Positions 12,367 through 24,744 of a DNA stretch of 64,000 nucleotides are shown piece by piece. Position 1 is the stretch's first letter. Each line of letters starts with the position of its first letter. The DNA comes from Cycas panzhihuaensis. Lineage: Eukaryota > Plantae > Cycadophyta. The notes beneath the pieces were generated by a model, which did not search any database, had not been told where the DNA came from, and saw only the letters and a list, made by a program, of their open reading frames with translations. Both the position numbers and the translations under genes were made by a program. Location: positions 200,453,741 to 200,517,740 of the forward strand of contig CM041465.1 of the NCBI GenBank assembly GCA_023213395.1, in the 5' to 3' direction.

Positions 12367-15300
12367 TTGTGTTGGGTATCTCTTTACTTGGAAAAGATAT
12401 AATGCTGAAATATATTAGAGGATTATACTAACATATTCAGCAAGAACTTCAATTATTTGAAGTGAGAATGCTTAATGAAGCCAACAAAAAAAAAAACCAT
12501 AGAGAGAAAGAACAAGAATATTTACATAGAGAGGAAAAGATTTACACCTCAAGAAGGTAGCAACAAACCTACCCAAGGAAAGAAGTTTCCAAGAAAAGTA
12601 TGAAAGCAATCAATTAGGGGTTTTGACAAGAAGAAGCAAGCTAATACCACTCAAATTAAAGTATCTTACATGCATTACAAGCAGGCAATAGTATAGAAGA
12701 TTATTGGTTTTTATATTTAGAGAAGAAGCCCAAGAACAAGGGTAAAATTAAGCAAAAGGGTAAAGCTTTACTTAATTTTGTAAGAGATGGAGACATTTAT
12801 AGCACCGAAGAAGCTAATGAGAACTTAATGCTCATGACCAATGCTGAACCTAAAGACAACCATTAAGAGATTGATCCAGAGATTAGAGAGGAGCTCTTCA
12901 TGGTGATAATCCAAGTGAAACAAAGTATGGTTCATGTCATTTCTTATAGAGGAAGCTAAAAGAATTTAATCTTAAAAGTATTAGTGAAGAAGTTGGGATT
13001 AAAGATGTATGTGCATCTAAAACCATATCCTCTTAAATGGCTATAAAAAGATTTAGAACTATAGGTTACTCACCAATGTAAGTTCAAATTTATAATTTTA
13101 GAAAGGTTCATTGATAAAGTTAAATGTGAAGCGGTTCCTTTAGACATTTGTCAAGTTGGATTTAGAAACCCATATCTCTATGATAGAGATGAAGTCCATC
13201 ATAGGAGGCTGAGAAAGATTTGACTCATCAAGGATAGTAAATCATATTTTATTAATGCATCAAAACCATAAAAGAAGATCTCTCTCATATCCTTCCAACA
13301 AGTAAATAAAATGATTAATGCTTATGAGAAATTTGTGTTATTGATGGTGAAGTAGAAGGTGGAAGAAAGGGAGCAAGTAGAGTACTCAATATAGGTACTA
13401 AGTAGGAAATAATTGTAGCAAATTGAAGGCTTAAGGAATAGGTATAATGAAATATTTCAAGAGCCAAAGGGCCTACCCCCTAAGAGAGTAATTGAGCATG
13501 AAATTCAGTTGGTTGTCGATTTACCTTTACCTAATCTTAATCTCTACTAAAACTCAATTTTGAAGAATGAAGAGATTAAGAAGCATATTTAAGAACTCTT
13601 GGAGCAAAGAGTGATCAAGACATGTTATTCCCCTTGTAGTTCACCTATTGTTTGGTGCCAAAGAAAGATAGAGGTTGGAGAATATGCATTGATTATCAGG
13701 CATTAAATAAGATTACAATAAAGAATCAACATCCCCTACCATAGATAAATGACTTGTTAGACTAAATATAGTTCATAAGATATTTTAGTAAATTGTACCT
13801 AAAATTAGGCTACCATTAGGTTTAAATCCAAGAGGAGGGAAGTCAATAGAAAACCTTCAAATCAAAGCAAGGGATATTCAAATAGATGGTGATGCCTTTT
13901 GGTTTGTGAAACATACCTGCCACCTTCATGAGGATGGTGAATGAGGTATTAAGACTCTTCATTAATGATTGTGTTATTGTTTATTTAGATGATATTCTAA
14001 TTTTTAGTTAGACTTAATAGGAACATCTCTAGCATGTTAAGCAGGTGTTCAAAGTACTTAAAGAGTAGCAGCTAAAACTTAACCTGAAGAAGTGTAAGTT
14101 TAGTAAGAAATCTCTTATTTTTTTCAGATTTGTAGTTGGAGGAGGAGAATTCAAGATTGACCCAGTAAAGATTAGAGTCATTCTCAATTGGCCCACACCT
14201 AAGACAATCATAGAGGTAAGGAGTTTCATTAGTACTTGTCAATATTTAAGAAAATTTATTTTTAAATTCTCTCAAATGGTAACACCTCTTCATACATTAA
14301 TGTGAGGGCATTCAAAATTTCATTGAGAGTATGTATAAGAGAAAGCTTTTAGGCTTCTAAATCAAAAAATTTATGAAGCACCAAGGTTAGGCTCACTATG
14401 ATTGCAAAAATCATTTAAGTTAGAAATTGATGCTTCAAGCTATGCCATGAGAGTAGTATTGAAGTAAGAAGGAAGATTGGTGGCATATTATTTAGAGACT
14501 TTTAATGAAGCTATGAAAAATTACCTAACTTATAATAAAGAGCTCTATGCATTGCATGAAGCATTCAAGCATTAGAGACCTTAATTGTTAGGAAAAGAGG
14601 TAGTCATCCACACTGACCATAAACCTTTGCAATTCTTATAAACATTTTCCAAATTGTAATAGGCTAAGCACATGAAGTGGATGTCCTATTTGTAGTAGTT
14701 TCATATCATGGTCAAATACAAGAAAGGCATAATAAATAAAATTATAGACTTAATATCTAAACCTCCTCTATAATAAGATATTTCTAACTTATTAGTAGCT
14801 CTACAATTTTAACCTTTTTGCCATGATGAGTATGTAGGTTTATACATGGAAGATGAGGCATTCAAACCCATCTTGGAGCAGTTACAACAAGGAAAAATAG
14901 CTGTTGATTTTTAGTTGAGAAACGATCAACTCTTCAAGCATGATAAGCTTTGTATCCCAAAGTATACAAATTGAATGAAGTGGATAAGAGAAGGCCAAAC
15001 CTCTCAAGTAGCAAGATACTTTAGAGTGGGAAAAACATTATTGAATTTATAGTGATATATGTATTAGCCCAATATACAACAAGATATAACTACAGTAGTA
15101 CGAGAATATATATTAAATAGCATATCAAAGCTAGCCAATAGGAAGTTAGGATTGTACACTCTACTTGTGTTCCATCGCAACCATAGGAGAGTATCTTCAT
15201 GGATTTCCTCGGAGGACTACCACATATTAAAAATGGTATGGATTATTTGTTTGTAATTTTTGACCAATTTAGTAAAATGGTGGTGTTGATTCCCTATAGG

Positions 15301-16311
15301 AAGACACATACAAGAGAAGACATGGCTAGAATATTTTTCCAGCATATATGGAAACATTTTAGGCTTCCTAACTCTACCATTTCTGATCAAGATAGTTGAT
15401 TTTTAATCTATTTTTAGTAAACTCTTTGGGGAATGATAGACATAAAGTTGAAGATGAGCACAACTTTCTATCCTCAAATAGAAAGGCAAACCAAAGTTAT
15501 CAATGGGGCATTAGTATAATTGTTACAAGGGTATAATGCCAAGCATCCTAAGACTTGGGGTGAAAGTCTCCCATACTTGCAATTTTCCTTCAATAGAGTA
15601 ATCCATAACTCAACTCAAAAATCACCATTCGAGGTATGTTTGGGATTTCTGCCTTTAAATCCATTTGATTTAGAACTTTTAGCCCAACTTACTACAGGAA
15701 ATAGAAAGAAGAAAGAATGACAAGAGAATGCATAAAGATTTTTGGAAAGAATAAAAAAAATACAACAACGGGTTAAGGTGCAACTTCAAAAGTCTTGGCA
15801 GAGATATAAACAAAGATGATATACATAGAACCAGTCATTCGTTTAAAGAAGGAGATCGAGTTTGATTGCATCTCAGTAAGAAAAGATTACAAGGTGAAGG
15901 TAAAAAGTTAAAGCCTATATATTATGGTCCTTTTAAAATCTTGAAGAAGATTAGGGAAAATGCTTTTCAACTTAAATTACCAAAATTCATAAATATGTAT
16001 TTAGTTGTAAATGTTGAGAATCTAAAGATGTTTGAGCCATCTATGTTAGATGAATAGTAAGATGGTATTTCACTCTTGCTAAATCCAAAGGAGTTATGAG
16101 TGGAGAAAGAAGAACTAATGCAAAATGATTCATTCTTTAAAAGAAGTAGACCATAATCAGAAGAGGCACAATTGAGTCCTTTAGGATTAGAGAGAAAGGA
16201 CAACTTCCCCAACAAAGTAAAATGGTACAATAGAAAGAAGAGAAGAATCAAATTCCCTTATTTACAATTATAATGTTTATGAGGCCATAAACTCCTAAAA
16301 ATGTGGAGTTC

Positions 16312-19076
16312 TGATCTTATTTTGGATCTATTAAAATCCTTAATACTCTTTTAAAAGAGTATAAATACATTTGGATGGAACTTGTTTTTATGTGTCCAGC
16401 CTTTAGTAGGCAAACAAATATAATTCAGGCTCTTAAAATGTGAGAAAAATGGATTAAAAAGGTGTGACCATGTTTTGGCAGGGTGTGATCGAGCTATCTT
16501 AGGTGTGATCAAGGTTGTTTCAAGTGCAACTAAAAAACTATAACCCTCACAAAAAGTGTGGCTGGATGGGGTAAATATACTCTAATTGGCACAAAATTTT
16601 ATTAGAATGTCTGTATAAGTGTCTTCTAGCTATTGGAAGAAAGAAATCAAGGGTTTTAACTAATTTTAATCATTTTTTAAATGATCGAAAAGAGGGCTAG
16701 AAAACTATGGGAAAATAATAGAAAAATAGATTTTTAGAAGTTGAACAAACATAGGAAAGGCAAAAAAACCACTCAGATCTATCTAGGAGACATGGAAGAG
16801 CACCTAGCAATCTCAAACGTAGTAGGAGGAGTGAAGAAATTTGGAAAATAACTCAAATTAGTAGCCTAAAATGTGAAATTACTCCAAAATAAAGACTGTG
16901 TGGGAAAAGAAGGCAAAAACACACTTTAAGACTATTGGAGATGATTTTGAAGAGGACACAATAGCCATAGAAGTGCCCAAAATTCTTCTTGCAGTCCCAA
17001 AGATGTTGTAATAGTAAAGAAAAGTGCTCAACAATGCACTACAAAGTAGAATTTTGTAAGAAAAGATATATTTTGAAATGTAAGGTATTTTATTATATAT
17101 TGAATCTAAAATTATTTTGATTGGAATAAGTTTTTACTTCCCCATTTAATTTTAGATCAATTAGAGGTGGATTTTGATCAATCTAAGGATTTCTTAGAGG
17201 AAGGTCTCGATCTAATGAGTTGTGACCCTTAAGATATTTCATAATGGAAGACATCCTTCTTAGCAAAAGTGAGCAGGTAACTTGTGATTGAGCTAGAGAT
17301 AAGGAATAGAAAGTCATTACTAGACATGTAAAGAATTCAATGACTTAAGGAAAAATTAGCTACTATAGAAGCTTACTTGGAATTTTTGAAAAAGTTCATC
17401 ATGGTCTGGGTAAAGACCATAATGTCATTACCTATAAGATGCATCCATTTAAAGCTTGTGTTGATCGAGAGATTCTCTAAGGATTGCATAAAGTAATTTA
17501 TAAATTAGGTGTATAGATTCTGGAGACACAAGATGACGCTAAACATGATTAAAGATTTTGAAGCAAAATTTGTAATTTATATCAAGAATTGCTAAGACTG
17601 AGCAACTGTAAAATGAGGCAATAGAAGGGATCAAAAAAACATATGCATAAAGGAGAAAAACCCACTATGGCATAACTAGATACCTTGCAAGATGTTGCTA
17701 TCTTACTCAATCATTATTAATCTCAAGGCATATGAGTTCCACCAAGTATCGTGGGACTAGACCTAATTTCTATATATTAAGTTATGAACAAACTACACAA
17801 GGAAATGGAGGAAGCATAATATTCGATGGTATAAATTTTTTTAGGGGGGAAAGAGTTTGGGTGAATTTTTTTTTTTATGAAAATAAGTAAGGGCACTTAT
17901 TGGTTTTATGATAGATGAGATATGTGCAGGTGAAATTGCATATAGAAATTTTTAATGGAGTTATAATAAGAAGTTAAAGCTGCAACCTAATTACAATTGA
18001 GTATTAGTTATAATTGGGTTATAGTCAAGTAGTAGCGGTGACCTAGTTATAGCTGAGTAGTAGTTGCAACTTGATTGTAGTTAAGTAGTTGCAACCCAAT
18101 TGCAATTGAGTAATAGTTGCAACCCATTGCATTTGGGTAGTAGTTGTGACTCAATTGTAGTTAAGCATCAGTTGTGACTCTATTACAATTGAGTAGTAAA
18201 TATGACTTGATTATAGTTGGAGTTGAAGTTACGATCAAATTGTAGTTAGAGTGACAGTTACGATTAAATTATAGTTAGAGCCATAGTTGTGATAAGATCA
18301 CAGCTGGAGCAATAGTTACGACCAAATCGCACTTGGAGTCATAGTTACGATCAGATTACACTTACAATCATAGTTATGATTAGATCACAGTTGGAGTTAT
18401 AGTTACAACTAAATCATAGTTGAGCCGTAATTGCAACCAGATTACAGTCGAGCTAGGATTGTGACCAGATCACAATTCAAGACTATATTATAGTTGGAAC
18501 CACATTCAGTATTATATTACAATTTATAAAATAGAAGAGAACTTGCCATTTTATTATTTGTATTGTATCATTTTATGATGTAACTAATGGTGGTTGAAAC
18601 CATTGAGTTTCTATGTATAAAATAGGAGTCGATCTAATGATGATAGAACTAGAAATAGGGAGAGAGATAGAGAAGTCAAGAAGTGTGTAGGATTTCTTCT
18701 TGCTATTGCAGGCTTAACACTTATATTTATAATCCTCGTGTACTATCAAGTTTGCATCTAGTTGTGAGAGGACCGGATGTAGTTCCCTATTCTAATAATA
18801 TTATGTTTTGCATCATATTTGGTATTGCTTATACATAGCTCTTCCTAATTTTTAATATTGTCTCACCTAAGAACTCCCTATTTACATTTATCAACCCCAA
18901 ATTAATTATACTCATGCTTAACTTTTGGTTAGAGATAAACTAATTTTATAACTCCACGTATCCTTGGATTAATTGGGAGATTTCACATCTTTTCCACTCT
19001 ATCAAAATACTCAAGTAAGAAAATTTTTACCATTGTCATAATCTTATCCATAAATAATTACTATCACCAACCATCA
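16312..19076 (+). repeat. Putative ~2.77-kb LTR of Gypsy B (TGAT...ATCA)
   Basis: Begins TGATC directly after the PPT-like tract and ends CCATCA. Contains GGTGTGAYC repeats (16460-16520), a tandem array, a TATA-like TATAAAAATAG (~18616) and a GA-rich tract. There is no second copy in the window to confirm it. Confidence 0.55.
17978..18480 (+). repeat. Tandem array of 18 degenerate 28/29-bp units (AGTTRYRAYY.RATYRYAGTTG(G)AGYA..)
   Basis: Unit starts at about 17978, 18006, 18034, 18062, 18087, 18115, 18142, 18170, 18198, 18227, 18256, 18285, 18314, 18343, 18372, 18401, 18429 and 18457. Confidence 0.9.
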
Positions 19077-19079
19077 CCT

Positions 19080-19091
19080 TGGTATTCAGAG
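19080..19091 (+). promoter_or_regulatory. PBS-like sequence after the Gypsy B LTR
   Basis: TGGTATTCAGAG lies 3 nt after CCATCA and is tRNA-Met PBS-like with one extra T. Confidence 0.6.
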
Positions 19092-20329
19092 GTCACACAT
19101 CAATCTCATCCCTACCTCTTATATCATAGTTTAGGTCCAAGTTGGGTGGGTGGTTTATCAAATTAATATCCAATGATTAAATCCTACTTAACACTAAGAC
19201 ACATTCAAAAGAAGAAGAAGGAAATAAAATATGAAGAAAAGTGAAGTCAAGTATCAGTGTCCTTTTTTATAGCAACATCCTAGCATTTGGAGCAAGATAT
19301 ATAATGACCTCATTCCTACCTAGTAATTGGTTATTTAGATCTGGATGGTTTGCACCCTATTAGACCTTTGAAGTTGGAATCATTTTATCCTACCATACCT
19401 CTCATTCAAATCAAAACCAAATATGTCTATTTATTAGTACCCTTGCACCATTAGTTAATGTATTTTCTCTCTTGTTGTCCCACTAAAACATCTTTCTCCC
19501 ATACAATTTTCTCCTTCCTTTATTCTTTTGGCTTAGTTTTTACCTCTATATTTATGATTTATACTACTATCCATGTGGCTTTTGTAATTTATATAGATGG
19601 GGGAAGTAGGAGAAATCCTAAACTTTTTATTATTACCTAGATCATCAGGGCTTCCTCTAGCTACGTTATAGCACGCATTGGATTATTACTCCCTTTTACC
19701 ATAAATAACTTAAAGTATGCCACCATCATTAGTGCTATTTAGTTTGGTATCTATGCTCATCTCACTAGCATTGCCTTTTATATAGATTTCCTCCTTGTCC
19801 ATCAATTGATTGATATATGTCAAAATATTAGTCCCTAGTTCCATGTGTTTTCCAACTTAATTAGGTATCTCTAAACATGCTTTGACTATATTCAAGCCTT
19901 CCATATACTCTAAATTTAGAATATTTAGGCTAATAATCTTGTTTATAATATCCTTGACTAATACCTATAATAACTAGTTCATTAATAACCTTCAACATCT
20001 CATGTCCTCTTAGACATTGAGCTTCAACTACTAAGGGGATAAATATTTTCCCAAAACTTAGTCTCTTTGGATTCTAGGTACGGACTCTCTCTTTACTTTT
20101 GTTATAGACAATATGGCTTGATTGTGAATATTTGTTCTGTACTAGGACCACCTACTTTAGGGCACCTATAATTGAAATCAATGTACACAAAATTAAAATT
20201 TGCTTGCTTGAAATACTATCCATTCCCCTCCATTGTATCTTGGTTTGATGCTTAAATTATTTATTGGTTTTATTTTAGTTGTTTTCCTACTCAACGATGC
20301 CATTTTAAATGCTTTTAAGATTTTAACAA

Positions 20330-21886
20330 TGTCAACTTGCCACTATTATAAGGGTCCTATCAAAATTATTTTGAGGTCCATCCCCAAATCGAACCTTCAC
20401 CCTTCCACGACCCATAATTTTATATAAGTAATGATCCCTACGAAATACTTCACCTCTATCAATACTTATGTATTCACAAAACCATTCCCTATAGGGAGTA
20501 ACATTAGATGAAGCACTAGAGTCAATTAACCAAGACATAAATTTGACAACTCACCTGAGGTTGCCATATAAATATCACCATCAACTCCATTAGAGACTTT
20601 TTTTACCATGGACGAAGTAGCTTCAAGTGACTTTCCCTTATCAACCTTGACTCGACACTGGCTCTTCATATGGCCAACCTTCCCACATCTCTAGTATACC
20701 AAGGGGCCTCTACCTAGAGATTTAGATTTTCCTATAGATTTTGGTCGTCTGTTTCTAGGCCTTTGTTGGTCGTGATCCAACATTTGACCTCTCACTACTA
20801 ATGCTTCTTTTGAATAAATCCTCAAAAGATTTTCATTTTGTCTCTTCTAATAGTAGAGCAATAACAACATCATCAAAATTTAGGGTGGTAGAAGTCATAC
20901 TACTAATTGTCATCACAAGATTATCCCAAGAATCAGGAAACGAATATAATATGGTAACACACTTATCTTCTTTAGACATTGTTATTCCAACTGAAACAAA
21001 TTGAATCACCATGGTGTTAAATGTAATGAGATGATATGTAATTGTATCTCCATCACTTATCCTGACTGAATACAATTTTTTTCTGAAGAAATAGCTTATT
21101 AACCAAGGACTTAGTTTGATACAAAGCCTCTAACGTTTTTCACAGATCTTTGGTCATAGATTGTGGCAACATTCAACAATATTATGTCTGATAGGCATAA
21201 CCTTATTGAACTAATTATCTTTTTATCAAGCTTCTTCTAGTCTTCATCACCCATAGTCTCAGGCTTTATTCCTACTACAACAATGTACTTATCCTTCTCA
21301 ATGAGGATATCTTCCATCTTTAGCTTCCAAAACTCAAAGTTCTGGCTATTGAATTTTTTAATCTCCATATTTGTAATGCTTTCCATGATCTTCGCACTCA
21401 AGTTCACCAAACAATGATCTTACTTACTAAATTGCTTTCCATAGAACTAAAACCTTTAGCTCTAATACCAAATAAAAAGAAAATATAATCATAGAAGCAA
21501 TGTGATAACAGAACTTTAAACCATATAAAGAACAAATAACATAAACAAGTTAAGCACTCAATAAAGAACACCAGGAGATTCAAGTCTAAAAATAGACCTT
21601 TTATTAATCTAAGCAATAACTAAAGAATTACAAAGATGAATGAACCCCAACACTTCTCATTGACTCATCAAAGATTCATCCATACCCTTTTTACATATGT
21701 CGTTACATAAGAATATATAAACACAGTATTATAAGATATTGCCTTGCGATTTTACAATACAATGGGCATAAACTATGGGCTGACAAAGACCCCTATAAAA
21801 CACCTAAAAAATTTTCTCGAGGGATTCTACCCTCGAACCTCAGAAATTTCACATTTAATCCTTTTATTATTGATCTATTATTAACA
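20330..21886 (-). mobile_element. Truncated Ty1/Copia (Tnt1/Tork-like): LTR, PBS, gag, zinc knuckle, protease
   Basis: PBS TGGTATTAGAGC at 21459-21470. Gag from 21386 reads MESITNMEIKKFNSQNFEFWKLKMEDILIEKD, then ILYSFPDSWDNLV, knuckle RCGKVGHMKSQC (~20660-20700) and protease WLIDSSASSNVTP. The LTR (~21473-21886) has an approximate outer end. Confidence 0.85.
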
Positions 21887-23983
21887 TATGTTACCATAAT
21901 TAATACTTTATCCTAGAAAAAACCTTCAAGTATTGCATGGGTTAGCATGCACCTTCTACTCCCCACCAAATTTGGTTCTTTCTTTTAGCCACTCCATTTT
22001 GTTTAGGAGTACATGGTGTAATTGTTTACCTTACAATGCCATATTTTTCATAAAAAATCTTGAAATATAGTCCCCACCATTATCATTCTAAAGCATCTTT
22101 ATCACTTTCTTGGTTTGGTTCAATCATTGCCTTAAAAACTTTAATTTTTTTTCAAATGCTTCTAACTTTGCTTTGATGAAATAAAAGAAGGTATTTCTAG
22201 AAAAGTCATTTATGAAAGTGAGAAAGAATCTAGAACCACCATGTGATGTTATCATTATGAGTTCACATATATAAATGTGGATCAACTTTAATAATTCTTT
22301 GGCTCTCTTGGCGCCTTTATATGAATTCTTATTTATGTTGATTATTATAAATACAATGTTGATAAATTTTGTTGTATCTCTTTCAAATTATGTATGTTGA
22401 GATGCCTAAACTTTTATGCTATAAGTTGATCTTACTAACTTTGACCACATTTGCACATTCAACTAAGAGTATTGGAGAACACAACAATTTGTATACGTGA
22501 GAAAGAACCTAACACCACCATGTGATGTTGTCTTTATGGGTTCACATATATTAATGTGGATCAACTCTAACAATTCTTTGGCTCTCTTTACACCTTTGTG
22601 GGAATTCTTATTTATTACTTATTATAAATACAATATTGATGAATTTTATTATCTCTTTCAAACTATATATGTTGAGGTGCCTAATTTTTTAATGTTCTAA
22701 GTTGATCTTACTAACTTTGACCACATTTGCACATTCAACTAATAGTGTTGGAGAACACAATAATTCGTACAAGCTTCCCACCTAACACCTTTTACATTTA
22801 CTTGCCCTTTATTTTGATTAACATGCACTTCTTATTATCAAACTTTATTTTAAAGCTAGCAGATGAGATTTTGCTAACTAATAGCAAATTTTTAACAAGT
22901 CTAGGAATATGAAGAATATCCTTTATAGTTTTATAGAAGCATCTTTATTTATGTTGTTATAAGCATTGTTGTAAGGAACAAATTATTAGTGCCACCAACT
23001 TGGTTTATAACTTGTGTTTTCTTTAGACTTCTTTTCGTCTTCTAACAATCCTTTCTGTAGTGACTAAGCTTTTTACAATAATAACATGTATTTCTTCTTT
23101 TTCAATTTGCTAACAAATGAACTTTGACATTGACGGGTCTTTTCCTTTGATTCTTCAAAGACTTACTAAGAGTAGCAATACTCTCATGTGCTTAAGCCAA
23201 ATGAGCTCTTTCTTCTTGTCTCCTCTTATAGAAGTAAACCATTGTTATTACTCATTGTGAGCTTGTTTATTTTACTTCGCAAAGAAAGAATTAGATTCTC
23301 ATGAATCCAGGAGATCTCCCAACAACTTCATCACAACACCATCTTCAAAAAGTTCTAACTCAATAGGGGCTAATTGATCTACCATCGATCTCATGGCATT
23401 TGGAGTTATAATACTCTCCTTCATTCATCTTGAAAGTGAAGAACTTCCTTCTCAAATATATTTTATTGGCCAAGTTTTTGGTTTTGAACTAAATACATAA
23501 AGTGTTGCATGTCTTGTTTGTAAATGGCGCATAGTTAACATGAAGTAAATTAATGTATTTTAGGCTAAACAAGATTGTTGTCATCTCCCTCTCATCTTAA
23601 TATTTGAATTCTCTAAATTGTGACTATCTTGTCAGATGGTTTCTACATTTCTCCATTAATGATACATCATAATACTTTTTCTAAGAACCACATACTTTTA
23701 AGGTCTTTGTAGAGAACTTCTTGTTGAATTTCTTAATAATGAATTCTACAAATTTAGCCATTTATTTTGCACAACACTCAAATGCATAAATTCTATCTTG
23801 AAAGTTCTTATAGTCCTATCAAATCTACAGTCACTCTAAAATTAAATTTGTGTGTCAAATAACTTCAACTCTCTATATCGTATATCAACAAATTAAACTT
23901 TGATACAATGTTAGAGGAAATGCGTTGGCACTAAGGATAAGAGAAGCAAAGAAAGAGGAAGAGATGTGTGATCATGTGCCAAC
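21887..23983 (-). mobile_element. Heavily degraded Ty1/Copia (gag to integrase); its 5' LTR is split by element C and resumes at 31636-~31900
   Basis: Integrase IKML*NDNGGDY (~22070-22100) and FINDFSRNTFFYF. Gag KNLANKIYLRRKFFTFKMNEG (~23420-23490). Eroded PBS at 23897-23908 followed by TGTTAG. Confidence 0.75.
22218..22771. repeat. 279-bp tandem duplication within the Copia integrase/pre-integrase region
   Basis: GTGAGAAAGAAYCTA...CCACCATGTGATGTT...GGAGAACACAAYAATTYGTA starts at both 22218 and 22497. The copies differ mostly by transitions. Confidence 0.92.
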
Positions 23984-24295
23984 TGAAGGAAGGATGGATC
24001 TAGAAGATAAATCACTTACATGCACACAATGGCAATGGAGAATGAAAAAGAAGATGAAACAAGATATGAGAGCAAGCTTGGAGGTGAGAATGAATAATGA
24101 CTCTCTCATTAAGATTTTACCTTTTATTATTGAGGGTGAGCATTAGGGTTAGGATTTTCCTGCCTAATGACATGAACCCGAAATTACATCTAAATATACA
24201 TAAAGTACATTTCATTAAGAGACTAATTCTAATAATATATCCTAAGATCACATAATTAATCTACACAAATGACTTTGATACATTAACCTCTTTCA
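23984..24295 (-). repeat. 3' LTR of Copia C
   Basis: About 33 substitutions and no indels versus 31319-31630 by manual alignment (~27 transitions). Confidence 0.97.
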
Positions 24296-24744
24296 ATCCC
24301 CCCCTTAATAGTGGAAGGTTATTTTTAAAAAATCTATTCTATGAGGTCTTCATTTGAGCCTCATTATTACATTGAAATTCTAAATGACACTTCTGTGGGA
24401 AAACCCTCATGGAGAATAAAAACCCACGAACTTTCTAAGATCTATAGCCCCTTTTATAAATCAAAATGGATAAGGTGGCTCTTTGATGTAGCCTGATAGC
24501 CAAGCAACTTAAATGTGCAGCTTGATCTGTTAAGTCTCCATATACTGTTTGGTCATCCCCTATGCCCTTTTGGGTTTTCACAGGTTCTGATTTTCCAAAA
24601 CAAGTACAACCCTTATCCTTCCATGCCCACATGGGGTTTTCATAAAGAGGATAGAGAAGAGACTTACTCTTATTCTTCCGCACCCATAAGGGGTTTTCAT
24701 GAATATAATAGAGTATGATGATCCTGTTGCCATCTTCTTTGAAC

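Larger units (their letters stand above)
12367..19076 (+). mobile_element. Ty3/Gypsy element B (chromovirus-like): 5'-truncated gag, complete degraded pol, PPT and long putative 3' LTR
   Basis: Gag C-terminus (IVLGISL...MLKYIRGL), protease ~12900, RT with VMPFGL and VYLDDILIF (~13980), and RNase H IDASSYA...HTDHKPL. Integrase MDFLGGLP...FSKMVVLIP, GPF motif (KKLKPIYYGPFKI) and chromodomain-like tail (KGQLPNKVKWY...FPYL, ~16190-16270). PPT-like AAAAATGTGGAG at 16297-16308. Confidence 0.88.

Noticed and set aside
17978-18480. CRISPR-like appearance of the 28/29-bp array
   Set aside because: The units are contiguous and degenerate with no unique spacers, there are no cas genes, and the context is a eukaryotic LTR.
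19092-20330. Unassigned degraded sequence between Gypsy B and the Tork-like Copia
   Set aside because: It is probably TE-derived, but no motif was recognised in any frame examined.
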